This document shows positions 37,101 through 46,088 of a stretch of DNA of 51,616 bases, one piece after another. Each line of letters starts with the position of its first letter. Position 1 is the first letter of the stretch. The DNA comes from a virus (taxonomy: Duplodnaviria > Caudoviricetes): IMG/VR virus record IMGVR_UViG_3300046313_000435, positions 1 to 51,616 of that record; one strand, given 5' to 3'. The translations under genes and the position numbers were made by a program. Under the pieces are notes generated by a model that saw only the letters and a program-made list of their open reading frames with translations, made no database searches and was not told the DNA's origin.

Positions 37101-37442
37101 ATACACATACTCGATGTAGTTAATCTCGTGAGCGGCGAGAGTAACAATCATGTGCAGGTAGAGATCTTTTTGATCCGCCGGGGCGCTCGTGTGAATGAAT
37201 GTGATCGTTCCACCAATATCGACTTGCCCGAAGACAATCTGCCAAGGAGTGTTAGTATCCGTGCCGGCTTGCTCTTTACCCCGTAGGTAGCGATTGAGGT
37301 CTCGACGCTTTCGCATCTTAGCGACACGTTGCCGAAGGCTGTTCTTATCCGTTGGAAGATTGCGCTTACTGAGGTACTTGAACGCCTGATCGTTCTCTGC
37401 CTTTGTAATAGGCCCGAGCCCAAGCCAATAATTACCGGCCAT
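34149..37442 (-). CDS. tail tip / central fibre protein (gpJ-like, FN3 repeats)
   Basis: PWQIVFG...GGT, NAVRGTF, AQRIAKIEL and FN3-like repeats; start probably MAGNYW (37442), not 37520. Confidence 0.85.
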   Translation of the reverse strand: MAGNYWLGLGPITKAENDQAFKYLSKRNLPTDKNSLRQRVAKMRKRRDLNRYLRGKEQAGTDTNTPWQIVFGQVDIGGTITFIHTSAPADQKDLYLHMIVTLAAHEINYIEYVYFNNIAMTWDTSLTSRPTGLVLGTGTFAGLVKMQINYGSDGQSALSVPVGDGTDDLNPVNAKWTSNHRQRGHAHVYFRFKWNETVFKDGVPDITFRVNGPYNMNDPRTDTNSPGAQNAAIVLYNYMRNTRWGLGLADSDFNATRMDQAVNDCEDSIALAGGGTENRYLINTHFGTDASPGVVIEDMLAAMHARLAYVEGKFSLIVGKARPSTVLTITADMILSDIELVTKTPRADNFNAVRGTFVSTQNDQEESDFPAVRNSTYVTEDGGTVIYEDLTFSMVRSAATAQRIAKIELEATRQGILVEFTARMDAYQAEPGEWVAVTYDRFGWSSKVFEVMRSALLIEQDNQGNPYFAVRLTLQETAAGVYDWNTGNETTFDVAPNTNLPDPYSVSDPTGLSLASGTDYLYVRQDGTVFARLYASWTASPDAFVVNGGRYEIQFKRSVDSDWQNSTSVIGSSVNTYILDVQDGQNYDVRIRAVSAMNATGSWVTVTGHTVIGKTAAPANMSVFTAVIDGFGLLFRWTKVSDLDVREYEVRYGTTAQAWADCAVLARVTADRFYQDSFLAGTYRFRIKAVDTTGNYSTTDLSSDLTVAAPSAPQNVSVSQIDSSVLIRWQPPATSTFPVDYYIVIRQDTNSLTEVGRTSGTFATYVELLSGTYIYLVVPFDIAGNQGATGDVSASIYEPPDFTLRANPSADLSTASITNGLYTAETFSIEAAANSELTWDQHFVGNGFDTIQDFIDFPYSYYLEPITGGSGTATFTTTDDSVWMPADSAQTFEDHFIDNMVTTVQGLIDIGLTYWLQPNDGLTGTMSVIIDMTEVLPQTVVNFDYIAFGSGIQTVAMVSWRETSGDPWIDGQVGIRRVTPSNYRYLKLTITATPETTLDWVVVTEVTLSVQVKEITDSGTSSVLAADSGGTTISFTKSFLDVSAIVVTPQGTTELKPVVDFTDTANPTTFKVLLFNSAGARANGDVRWNVRGVQAVL

Positions 37443-38094
37443 TGCTCCCCCTCTTTGGACTACCCTTGTTCGGAGTCGGCTTATTCTTATTGCCTTTGTT
37501 TTGCTTCTCTTTCTTTCCACCCCACTGACCGCTCCAATTCGATGCGGCCACTACATACTCAAAGCCCGTATCACCGGGGAAGATGTCCTGTTGTGAATCG
37601 TGGGTCCATCTCCCCTCGCGTGGCTTGTCCATATCGACGAGAACAGATTCGTAGGTAAGACGAGCGACGGTCTGGTCCGCTGCTTCGCTTATTTCAGCGT
37701 GAGAGTAACCGCCTTGCCACCAGAGATATGGGTTAGCAATAACGCCGCCCGAGGAGTCAAGGAATCCGATGTACAGTCGGCCCATACCCCCCTGTTTTTG
37801 GTCGCTCAAGAGCAAGGAAACCAAAGCCGATGAAATACCAGAGAGAACAATCGTCATATCGACCGCTTCTAGCTCTCCTGTTTCATCACCGCCCTCGATA
37901 CCGCTGAACCATCCATTACCGAGCCACGTTAAACTGTCCCAAGTGAGATCTCCGTAACCGTTCCAAAGCCTTAGCGTGCTACTCGCGAAGTCACTAGAAA
38001 AGAAAACGATTGGCCGATTACTTGCCGCCGATGCTTCTGCAATGAATCCAGCAGTGAGGTTCCTCGGCACGTTAAATCGCCTCCACTGCCGCAA
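37432..38094 (-). CDS. minor tail / hub protein
   Basis: LRLWNG.GDLTW...W.G.G; RWT..SQQ..FPGD.GFEYV; start probably GTG at 38070. Confidence 0.75.
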   Translation of the reverse strand: MRQWRRFNVPRNLTAGFIAEASAASNRPIVFFSSDFASSTLRLWNGYGDLTWDSLTWLGNGWFSGIEGGDETGELEAVDMTIVLSGISSALVSLLLSDQKQGGMGRLYIGFLDSSGGVIANPYLWWQGGYSHAEISEAADQTVARLTYESVLVDMDKPREGRWTHDSQQDIFPGDTGFEYVVAASNWSGQWGGKKEKQNKGNKNKPTPNKGSPKRGSNGR

Positions 38095-38686
38095 ACGATA
38101 TGGAGTAAATTAACTCTCGGTCAAGCTCGTGAATCTTAACCTCGGAATCAGCAAGCCTGAATAGTCCTACTGTGTTGCTTGTGATGATGGTCGCATTGTC
38201 CGCTGGGCTTTCTCTAAGGCGTGGCCAAATGTCGAGCGTAGTTTGCCCCGAGCCGTTAGTGTTGTGGTCGCTTAATACCTTGTAAAGCCTCTGCCCCACT
38301 TGAATGTAGTCACCCTTCTTTAGAATGTTTGTTGCGCTGTTAGTCCACCCATCAGTTGCAAGCGTGTTGCCCGTCTGACCGGCCCCGTTCACTAGTGGTG
38401 TACCAGTTGCTAGCCCCAGTGGTGTTTTGCCCATCGGGTCACCCATGAGGAATGTGCCGTAGGTACCCATGAGTGAGGCGAGAAACGCCATCCAGGGTTC
38501 CACATCCGCTCTACTAACAGCTGCACCGACGGCCACTTCTGCCGACCATAGCTGCCCCTGATGCTGTTGGGCTTGTGTAGCAAACGTGAATGGGCTTCTC
38601 GTCATTCCGACCACGTTGAAGTTGGTCCAAGAGAATCGCTCAATGCCCACTGAAGTTGGAAGGGATAGAGGGTAGCTTATCGTCAT
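38072..38686 (-). CDS. distal tail protein
   Basis: Follows the tape measure; SPFT..Q...G..W, AFL.SL.G..GTF, LKKGDYIQ, IWP.LR. Confidence 0.75.
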   Translation of the reverse strand: MTISYPLSLPTSVGIERFSWTNFNVVGMTRSPFTFATQAQQHQGQLWSAEVAVGAAVSRADVEPWMAFLASLMGTYGTFLMGDPMGKTPLGLATGTPLVNGAGQTGNTLATDGWTNSATNILKKGDYIQVGQRLYKVLSDHNTNGSGQTTLDIWPRLRESPADNATIITSNTVGLFRLADSEVKIHELDRELIYSISFAAVEAI

Positions 38687-41634
38687 GTTGTCCTCCTCGC
38701 TCCTCTTCTCGCTGTTCTAGAAACGCTATCCATCACCCGCCGCTCTGAAGAAACCAACGCACTGCGAATAGCTTTCTCTACTCCGGGCGTTGCCCCTCTT
38801 GCATCGATATTAATGACGTACCCACCGCCCCCGCCGCTAATACCGCCGAACATGTGCACGCCAAGCTTGCCGTTTCTGCGAGTGAGAGGCAATACGGCCT
38901 CTGGTCCGTTCTCGCCCATGAGTGCGCGGGTAGGGCCGTTAATGATGCCGCCTTTAGCGAGTGCAGTCTCTGGCTCTTCGGGCTCTTCAGTCTCTGGAGC
39001 CTTACCGCCTAGTGCTCTAGTGTTCGAGTTTAACGCTGCTGTATTGTTATCAGTGCTTGCAGTGTTAGCAGAAATGCCATCGGTAATCTTCTTTCCAGAG
39101 TCGGTAAACTTAACCCCGAGAGCCTGCATGTCGGCAACAATACCGCCGGCTTCTCTATCCGATAGCTGCATTAACTCCCCGATGCTTGTTACACCGCGTT
39201 GCTTTAATGCTTTGAAGAACGCATCAACAGTAGCAGGGTCAAAGGTCTTAAGAAGCTCAACGCGAAGAGCATCAAAGCTCTTTATGCCGGCCTCGCCTGC
39301 CTCAACTGCAATATCCCTAATACTTTGAACAGCCTCAAAGCCTTTAGCACCCGAGCCCAAGAGGTTACTCATTGCCGTACCAAAAGCACCCACCGCAGTG
39401 AGTCCAGGCTTAAACGCTTCTGCTACACCTTGAATCTGTGTTTCTATTTCAAGCCAGGTCTTATCACCCTTGAGCCCTATCTCTACTAGCTGCTTCTCTA
39501 TTTCCTCAAACGAGAGCCCGAGCCGCTTAACCATGTGGCGAGCGGAGTCGAGATTGAACTTGAGGTTCTCGCCCAGCATTGCGGCAATCTGACCGCCGAC
39601 ATCTTCAGTAATGCCGAGTAGATTCTTGAACGCTTCGCCTAGTCCAGAGAATGTTCCTTTGACCTTATCGGCCTGGCTGTTGAGATTGTCGGCCCACTTT
39701 GGGTCGTTGAACCTAGTAGTGGGGCCCTCAAGGAAACTGTTTAGCTTTGAAGACCCACCCTTTCCGTCGTAGACAGTAAATGCCCCCTTGGAATTGATAT
39801 TGTCTTCCATGTAGTTGGCGAACTGGTGCCGAGCTTGGGTCTCTTTGTTTTGAGGCCCTCGCTTAAGAAATCCACCAACAAAGCCACCGACAAAATTACC
39901 TATCTGCCCACCAATCTGAGCACCCATTGGGCCGCCAAAGATTGCTCCAATCGTCGTGCCAGCCCCGCCACCTACTGCCGCACCCGTGCCTGAGTTGTCT
40001 CCGTTTGCCTTGTCTATAGCCTTCGCATCTTTGATCGAGTTGAAAAGCTGCATGACAGTGGCAAATTCTGCCTGTACATTTTGGGAATTTTGCTCCCATT
40101 TACCACCGCCTCCGCCGAACGAGCCATCTTCCTGCCCTGGCCCTTGAATACCGGCCCCGTGAGCTTGATCGGTTGTGGTACCAGCTCCAAGAAAATTGTT
40201 CCCGCTCCCGTCGCTGAAGTATTCCCCGATTGCAGTAGCTAGGTCAGCAGCAAAACCGCCCGCTAGTTCCGCAAACGCTGGCGATAGATTAGGAATAATC
40301 GTTGAAAAAACATCCTGAAAAACATTTCCCCAGTTCTGAACATCTCGCTCTCTGTTTTGGGCAAGGTCTTTTTCAACCTTTAGTCGTGCGTTCTTCTCGT
40401 CCTCGACAATCTCTTTATTGAACTTGATCTTGTAGTCGGCTAGGTCTTTTGCGGCCTTCTCTTCCTTGTCCTGCTTGTCTTTAACAATTCGTGAGTTACT
40501 GGCTTTTGCAGGGGCTTCGCCTTTTGCTGGAGATCCCCCCATCTGCACCCCAGGCAGTCCGGTAATGAAACTGTCGAAGTCGTCCTGCGACTTCAACTTG
40601 ATTAGGATCTCTTTCTGCTTCTTTAGCTCTGCAAGCTTTTCAGTATACTGCTTATCGGCACCGGTGAACCAATCGCCAAAGCCATTATCTTTATTGCTGG
40701 CTATGCGAGAAACGTCTGCTTCAAGCTCAGCCACCTTCTTGAGCTGCGCCTCCATCGGCTGAAGATTGCCCGTGATGGCGCGAAGACCCAATGCAAAATT
40801 ATTGACCTGATCAACAACGCCCTGAAGAGTCGGCAGAGCCCCGGCAATGATTGAGATCATGCTGGAAACACTATCGCCTACTCCCTTCCAATCAATCTGG
40901 CGGATCGCTTCCGCTAGGTCGTTGTAAGTCTGAGTCAGTTGAGGATTGTCATTGATTGCAATGCTTACCTGACCGACGGCTTCCTGCATTGCAGCGGCAA
41001 AAGCCTGATGTCCTTGCGTCACCGACTCTGTGAGCGGTGCCATCTCCGCAGTGCGTTGTGCTAGCTGCTCCATGGCCGCTGCCATGTTCTGTGCTTTTGT
41101 TCCGCCCGCCTCTAGCTCAAACCCGAACTTCTTTAATGCTTCTGCCTTGCCCGACCCAATCGCCGCGATAAGATCATTTAGAACCGGAACAGTTTCTTGC
41201 CCCGTAGCATTAGCAAATTGGTTCGCGTACTTCGTAAGGTCGGCAAACTTGCTATTGAGATCTGGAATACCTCTTAACAGCCCAGCGTTAGCCGCTTGCA
41301 TGAGGTCAAAAGCGTTAACGGTACCGAGCACCGCAGCTTGAGCCGACTTGATTGCACCCGCACTACCACCGAGTTTCTGAAAACTATCTGCTACATCACC
41401 GAGCTTATCGCCCTCTTCTGCCATGTTGCCAATAGCAGCAGAGATATTACCGATGTTCTTTGCAAGGCCAATGGACAACTCCCGCCCGAGCCCCTCAAAG
41501 AACCCACGCATGACCATGTTCATCTTGCCGGTCGAGGCTTTCAGAATACTGGTCGCACCATCCATGTCTCTGGATAGGTTGGCAATGTTCGCCCTGATAT
41601 CAATGAGGAGGTTATAGATTCCCTTATCCGCCAT
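38683..41634 (-). CDS. tape measure protein
   Basis: 983 aa, Ala/Gly-rich and helical, follows the chaperones; C-terminal AKGGI...GENGPEAVLPL. Confidence 0.9.
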   Translation of the reverse strand: MADKGIYNLLIDIRANIANLSRDMDGATSILKASTGKMNMVMRGFFEGLGRELSIGLAKNIGNISAAIGNMAEEGDKLGDVADSFQKLGGSAGAIKSAQAAVLGTVNAFDLMQAANAGLLRGIPDLNSKFADLTKYANQFANATGQETVPVLNDLIAAIGSGKAEALKKFGFELEAGGTKAQNMAAAMEQLAQRTAEMAPLTESVTQGHQAFAAAMQEAVGQVSIAINDNPQLTQTYNDLAEAIRQIDWKGVGDSVSSMISIIAGALPTLQGVVDQVNNFALGLRAITGNLQPMEAQLKKVAELEADVSRIASNKDNGFGDWFTGADKQYTEKLAELKKQKEILIKLKSQDDFDSFITGLPGVQMGGSPAKGEAPAKASNSRIVKDKQDKEEKAAKDLADYKIKFNKEIVEDEKNARLKVEKDLAQNRERDVQNWGNVFQDVFSTIIPNLSPAFAELAGGFAADLATAIGEYFSDGSGNNFLGAGTTTDQAHGAGIQGPGQEDGSFGGGGGKWEQNSQNVQAEFATVMQLFNSIKDAKAIDKANGDNSGTGAAVGGGAGTTIGAIFGGPMGAQIGGQIGNFVGGFVGGFLKRGPQNKETQARHQFANYMEDNINSKGAFTVYDGKGGSSKLNSFLEGPTTRFNDPKWADNLNSQADKVKGTFSGLGEAFKNLLGITEDVGGQIAAMLGENLKFNLDSARHMVKRLGLSFEEIEKQLVEIGLKGDKTWLEIETQIQGVAEAFKPGLTAVGAFGTAMSNLLGSGAKGFEAVQSIRDIAVEAGEAGIKSFDALRVELLKTFDPATVDAFFKALKQRGVTSIGELMQLSDREAGGIVADMQALGVKFTDSGKKITDGISANTASTDNNTAALNSNTRALGGKAPETEEPEEPETALAKGGIINGPTRALMGENGPEAVLPLTRRNGKLGVHMFGGISGGGGGYVINIDARGATPGVEKAIRSALVSSERRVMDSVSRTARRGARRTT

Positions 41635-41941
41635 GCTCCCCTCCTTGCGATGGTCGTTGAGGGAATGCGGCCTTTAGGTGCCGAAGGATTTCATCGCCCG
41701 ACATCTCCTCTGTCTTAGCTTCCTCGCCCGTGTAGTTAGGCATGAACATCTGAGGAGTGAACGGTGGAGTTTTTTCAGAACGCACGGTATTAGCCATCGT
41801 GCTAGCAATGATGCCGGCCCTGAAGTCGAGCTGCATATTGTGCTGGTCAAATCGGTCAGACAGTGCAGAGAATTGCGCTGGCGTAAGAGCCCAAAATTGA
41901 TCTTCCGTTAGCCCAAAATCGTACACGCCAATCGCCCACAA
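41624..41941 (-). CDS. tail assembly chaperone, gpT-like frameshifted part
   Basis: GLTEDQFWALTPAQF; in the -1 frame of the upstream chaperone. Confidence 0.8.
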   Translation of the reverse strand: MWAIGVYDFGLTEDQFWALTPAQFSALSDRFDQHNMQLDFRAGIIASTMANTVRSEKTPPFTPQMFMPNYTGEEAKTEEMSGDEILRHLKAAFPQRPSQGGEHGG

Positions 41942-41982
41942 CGTTAACCAGTCTAACGGTTCGTTTTCTTCATCGCCGCTTT

Positions 41983-42312
41983 TTACGCGGCGACGTCGTT
42001 TTTTGCGGACTCAGGAAGCTCAGCCTTTTTGAACATCTCAGTAACAAGCTTGCGAACATCTTCGAGGTGCTTGCCTGTCATCAGTTCCGCAACTTCATCA
42101 ATCGTCTTTCCGCTCTTCTCGCCACCGAGCGATGCCCAGAGAAGCGTTACGAGGTCGAGTGCCGTAGGATTAACCCATGTCATCCCATCGAGCCCGCTCT
42201 TTCCGCTTGCTTTTTCAAATCTTACGAAAGTTGCAAAACTTGGAATGAGTTTGAATTGCTCATTACCAAGAGTTACAAACAACTCAGGAAGTGCTTGATC
42301 CGCGTTATCCAT
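41983..42312 (-). CDS. tail assembly chaperone (gpG-like)
   Basis: Between tail tube and tape measure; ends in a slippery site. Confidence 0.8.
   Translation of the reverse strand: MDNADQALPELFVTLGNEQFKLIPSFATFVRFEKASGKSGLDGMTWVNPTALDLVTLLWASLGGEKSGKTIDEVAELMTGKHLEDVRKLVTEMFKKAELPESAKNDVAA
41998..42004 (-). promoter_or_regulatory. -1 programmed frameshift site A AAA AAC
   Basis: GCA AAA AAC in frame; the -1 frame reads KRRRRVKSGDEENEPLDWLTLWAIG into 41624..41941. Confidence 0.8.
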
Positions 42313-42321
42313 GTGCTCCTA

Positions 42322-42750
42322 TTATGTCCAGGCCGGCCAGCCGGTAACCTTAATTGTCACGTTGAGTGAGACCGCTTGCTCAAGCTCTGCCGATATCTCA
42401 GCACCAGTGATGATGCCAGAGAACGCCATTGTTACTGTTGGGCTGAACTGAAACTCAAGCTTAAAGTTCTTTGTTGTCCCATCGTACATGTGATCGATGA
42501 ACAACTGATGGCCAGTTCCAGCACCGTTCGGGATGTAGTTTGCAGAGAACGAAAGGGTTCCAGCATCTCGCAACGTTGCTACAAACTCACGAACACCAGC
42601 ACTGTCGAAAGAGGTTACATCAACCACACCGCCAGAGAGTGACGGGCCTCGAACGCCTTTTACTTCAGCGATTGCAGCAAAGACTTCAGGTCCGCCACCA
42701 TCACCGATCTTAAGTACGCATTTTGATCCAGGCTTTGCACTAGTTGTCAT
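42322..42750 (-). CDS. tail tube protein, short copy
   Basis: IAEV....GP.....VDVTSFDS..REF...LRD.G.LSF. Confidence 0.85.
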   Translation of the reverse strand: MTTSAKPGSKCVLKIGDGGGPEVFAAIAEVKGVRGPSLSGGVVDVTSFDSAGVREFVATLRDAGTLSFSANYIPNGAGTGHQLFIDHMYDGTTKNFKLEFQFSPTVTMAFSGIITGAEISAELEQAVSLNVTIKVTGWPAWT

Positions 42751-42759
42751 TTATCCCCA

Positions 42760-43524
42760 TTAGAACCAAGTAGGCCATCCAGTAACTTTGATTGTCACGT
42801 TGAGCGAAACTGCTTGCTCAAGCTCTGCCGATATTTCGGCACCGGTAACAATGCCGGAGAATATCATCTCGGTCTGCATTGTGTCGGTGAATGTGAATCT
42901 GAAATTGCGAGTCGTGCCGTCTTCAACGTCATCGATAAGGAGTTGATGCCCAGTACCTGCTCCGTTCGGTACATAATTGCACATGAAAGAAACCGTGCCG
43001 CTATCTCGTAGCGTTGCAATGAACTCTCGCACGCCGGCAGAGTCAAAAGAGGTTACGTCAATCACACCGCCCGAGAGAGCTGGACCGCGAAGCCCTTTTA
43101 CTTCTGCTACTGTTGCGAAAGTCTCGCCTGCAACACCACCAGTCAATGAAGCAGATCCGCCAGCGATTAGAATCCCAGTTCCCGCAGCAAGAGGGCGTGC
43201 GTCCCAGTTAGCTATGAAAACCGCATCGGCATAGAGTGCTGCAATGGCCTGATTAACTGTAGTTGTTGCAATACCACCGCCGTCAGTGGCGCTGTTGATT
43301 GTTACCGCCGAAGTGGTAACAACGATAGAGAATGCTGTGCTCGTTCCCGATACAACGATAGAGCAAGTCTTAGAGTTACCAGCAGTGCCGGCAGTACCCC
43401 AATAGAGAATGAGGCCAGAAACCCCTGTTCCTATTGTTCTCGACGCCCTGACCGCCGTGGTTACGGAGTCAGCTGCCCCTCTTGCAAATACGCATCTTGA
43501 TCCAGTAACCGCGCTAGTCGTCAT
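42760..43524 (-). CDS. tail tube protein, long copy with inserted domain
   Basis: Same core as 42322..42750 plus an insertion of about 110 aa near the N-terminus. Confidence 0.8.
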   Translation of the reverse strand: MTTSAVTGSRCVFARGAADSVTTAVRASRTIGTGVSGLILYWGTAGTAGNSKTCSIVVSGTSTAFSIVVTTSAVTINSATDGGGIATTTVNQAIAALYADAVFIANWDARPLAAGTGILIAGGSASLTGGVAGETFATVAEVKGLRGPALSGGVIDVTSFDSAGVREFIATLRDSGTVSFMCNYVPNGAGTGHQLLIDDVEDGTTRNFRFTFTDTMQTEMIFSGIVTGAEISAELEQAVSLNVTIKVTGWPTWF

Positions 43525-43551
43525 TCAGCCCCATAAGAGATAGCAGTCAGT

Positions 43552-43941
43552 TTAGTAATACCAGAAACGAGCATTGCTCGAAACGTGGAAGATTTCTGTA
43601 TCGCTGTCATACATATCGATAAAGCTCCACTCCAGAACGTTATCAATGGTGATATCGGAGTAGGTTCCCGAGTATCCGTGCAAAGCGGCCCTTACTTTCT
43701 CAGCCAGGTCTTTTGCGACCCCTGCCGACGATGCCCAAGTATCGATATTGATGACCGGATTGCGTAGCCCCGAATATCCCGTGAAGCTCTCTATCTGTGA
43801 GCCGTAACTTGTTTGATAGGAGATAGCCGGGAAGGTCACGTTATCGGGCATCTTGACCTGATAAATACGAGTGCCGACCAGTGCAGATATGCCGGCAGTA
43901 TTGGCTAGAATGTTGTAAATTGCTTGCTCAATCGTTGCCAT
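43552..43941 (-). CDS. tail terminator (DUF3168-like)
   Basis: L...ISALVGTRIY...P...FPAISY; position in the operon. Confidence 0.8.
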   Translation of the reverse strand: MATIEQAIYNILANTAGISALVGTRIYQVKMPDNVTFPAISYQTSYGSQIESFTGYSGLRNPVINIDTWASSAGVAKDLAEKVRAALHGYSGTYSDITIDNVLEWSFIDMYDSDTEIFHVSSNARFWYY

Positions 43942-44436
43942 TTACTTAGTTATTCCGAGCTTGGCTTCTTTCGCCTTAGCCTTTGCTATCCTCTTCTTAA
44001 TTTCTGCGACAACTGACCGCTGCATAACGTCCATTGCCCACTGGTAGTTCTTCTCGAAAGCCCTGCGAATGAACGGATTAGCAGGAACGTGCCCAATAGT
44101 TCTTCCGTTCTTACCGTGAGATTTAAGAACATGCCCGAACTCGACCATCTTGGCATAGAATGCACCTTTCACGCCCGCAGCAACTTGCCCCTTTTGAGGC
44201 CGCACCTTCTTTGCATGAAAGCTCTGCTTAAGGTATCCGGGTGCTAGCCCTTTGAACCTTCCGCCCCTTCTTTGAGCATCTTCGGGCGATGATATCGGGG
44301 CTTCTTGAGCAACAACGCCGGCCATGAGGTGAGCAGCTTCGAGTACTGACGCCCTTAATGCATTGGCTTCAATGTTACCGGGTAAGCCTTTTAGCTCGTC
44401 AAGTAACCCATCGAGCCCTTTAACGAAGTCATCCAT
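43942..44436 (-). CDS. HK97 gp10-like tail completion protein
   Basis: FYAKMVEFG...PANPFIRRAFE. Confidence 0.85.
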   Translation of the reverse strand: MDDFVKGLDGLLDELKGLPGNIEANALRASVLEAAHLMAGVVAQEAPISSPEDAQRRGGRFKGLAPGYLKQSFHAKKVRPQKGQVAAGVKGAFYAKMVEFGHVLKSHGKNGRTIGHVPANPFIRRAFEKNYQWAMDVMQRSVVAEIKKRIAKAKAKEAKLGITK

Positions 44437-44753
44437 CAGTAGACGACCTCCGCCGTGATATCGAGCTCCTCTTTGAAACCCAATTCAGCGAGTCCGGTTA
44501 TCTTCCAGTTCAGGCCCGCATAAGAAAGTTGCATCTCCGGCCCCACATCATCGCGGTACCAGATACGAAAGTTACTCACCCGAACCGAGTGCAAAGAATC
44601 GCTTTGGAACCTCTCATCCATTCTCAGCGGTCTCTCCTCCGCCCAAACAGAGGCCAAGGTAGACCACCCCGAAACAGCATCGCCCAGAGAATTAGTAACC
44701 GTCCTTTGCAGGATAGTTATCTTTCGATTCTTCTTCCCTGGATTGCTTGCCAT
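44436..44753 (-). CDS. head closure / head-tail adaptor
   Basis: PG..NRKITI...W..LASVWA...FRIWYR.DV. Confidence 0.85.
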   Translation of the reverse strand: MASNPGKKNRKITILQRTVTNSLGDAVSGWSTLASVWAEERPLRMDERFQSDSLHSVRVSNFRIWYRDDVGPEMQLSYAGLNWKITGLAELGFKEELDITAEVVY

Positions 44754-44755
44754 CC

Positions 44756-45340
44756 CTATGCGCTCCAGATCTTGTAAGAGTCCAGTGCATAGTTCAGGGT
44801 CTTGGGAACCTCCATTGCGGCCCCGCCCCCGACTGTAACCGGAGCTCGATTCATAAAGAAATGCCCAGCGAGCATCATCACAATGAAGCGTAATCCCTCG
44901 GGAACATCCGAGTAAGATGCACCATAGCCCGCAGTAAAATTGACCTGCACGGCATTTGGCCTATAGTCTTCAGTTGCTGGATAGGTTGACGATGCCGTTA
45001 GGCCCACTCGCCCAAGGATTGAGGTAGCATCGACGTGATAATTCGAGGATGCCCAAGTCGTCAGAGCATCCGAGGTGTCGTAGTACTGAACGCTCTGAAC
45101 CGATACCAACGGGGCAATCGGAATCTCAATAACCCCGCCAGTCGGAAAGTCTTTCAGCTCAAGCCGGAAAGTTCTGCTAATAAGCATCCTCCGGGTCTTT
45201 GTTTCGACGTAATTGATTGCCGCATTGGCGTACATCACCAATAAAGCATCCTCATCAGTAGTTGTGAGGCGAAGATGTGCTTTAAGTTCGGAGAGACTGA
45301 CGGCGAGAGCGGCAGGGGAGGCTGTTTGAATCCAGGGCAT
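44756..45340 (-). CDS. head-tail connector (gp6-like)
   Basis: VSLSELKAHLR...ED...VE..T.R.L...AGYG...VP. Confidence 0.85.
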   Translation of the reverse strand: MPWIQTASPAALAVSLSELKAHLRLTTTDEDALLVMYANAAINYVETKTRRMLISRTFRLELKDFPTGGVIEIPIAPLVSVQSVQYYDTSDALTTWASSNYHVDATSILGRVGLTASSTYPATEDYRPNAVQVNFTAGYGASYSDVPEGLRFIVMMLAGHFFMNRAPVTVGGGAAMEVPKTLNYALDSYKIWSA

Positions 45341-45357
45341 GAGTCCCCATGAAAGTG

Positions 45358-45561
45358 TTAACGCTTAACGAGATGCAAGCGGCGTTCTGATGGAAAACGC
45401 ACCATGTTTTCAACTGGCGGTGCGCTCGAAAGAATCTCGACAAGCCCCTTCAACTGAAGGTCATAGGCTTCATCAATCTTTAATTCCACCTCCTGATGCG
45501 GCTGGATAACAACTCCAGCTCGCGTCAGGATAGGAAGCTCTTTCGAGCGCACTTTTATCAT
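45358..45561 (-). CDS. small head-associated hypothetical protein
   Basis: MIKVRS start directly after the upstream stop; EAYDL..KGLVE. Confidence 0.6.
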   Translation of the reverse strand: MIKVRSKELPILTRAGVVIQPHQEVELKIDEAYDLQLKGLVEILSSAPPVENMVRFPSERRLHLVKR

Positions 45562-45562
45562 A

Positions 45563-46036
45563 CTATGACAGAGGGTCTGGCATTGATGTAGCCTGGTAGC
45601 GAGCACAAACGCCGAGGGCGATTGCACAAGCAGTCACAGGGTCATTAACGCCTTCTGTGAGCTTAAGAGCGAGGAACTGCTTCGTAGCTGGAAGCTTAGC
45701 CATCTCGACCTCAATCTCGTAGATCGTATCTTCGTTTGCTGTGGTTGTAAAACCAGCAGTTGTAGCGTCAGTAATCGAACCCATTACAGCAGAAGCGCCA
45801 GTCGTCTTTTTTCTGTACTTGAACTCAACAGCTTCAGCACTTGTTCCAGCTACATCAGTTGCAGCAAGAACAGTTACTACAGCAGTACCAGTGTTAGTGC
45901 CGGCAGTTGTAGCAGCCAAAAGGAACTCAACGCGGTCGAAGAGTTTTCCGTTGATATAGTCCCCCGCTGGGTTCGTGTTGTAACGATCCGCAGCAGGAGA
46001 GTGAGAGTTAATTATTGCGAAAGATTCAGAAAGCAT
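45563..46036 (-). CDS. putative head decoration protein
   Basis: Beta-rich protein directly downstream of the major capsid gene. Confidence 0.6.
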   Translation of the reverse strand: MLSESFAIINSHSPAADRYNTNPAGDYINGKLFDRVEFLLAATTAGTNTGTAVVTVLAATDVAGTSAEAVEFKYRKKTTGASAVMGSITDATTAGFTTTANEDTIYEIEVEMAKLPATKQFLALKLTEGVNDPVTACAIALGVCARYQATSMPDPLS

Positions 46037-46051
46037 ATTTTCTCCATTATT

Positions 46052-46078
46052 AGCGAGGGAGGTTTTACCCTCCCCCGC
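46052..46078 (-). terminator. hairpin after the major capsid gene (terminator or mRNA stabiliser)
   Basis: Minus strand GCGGGGGAGG-GTAAAA-CCTCCCTCGC; no U-tract. Confidence 0.45.
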
Positions 46079-46088
46079 CGTTATTCAG

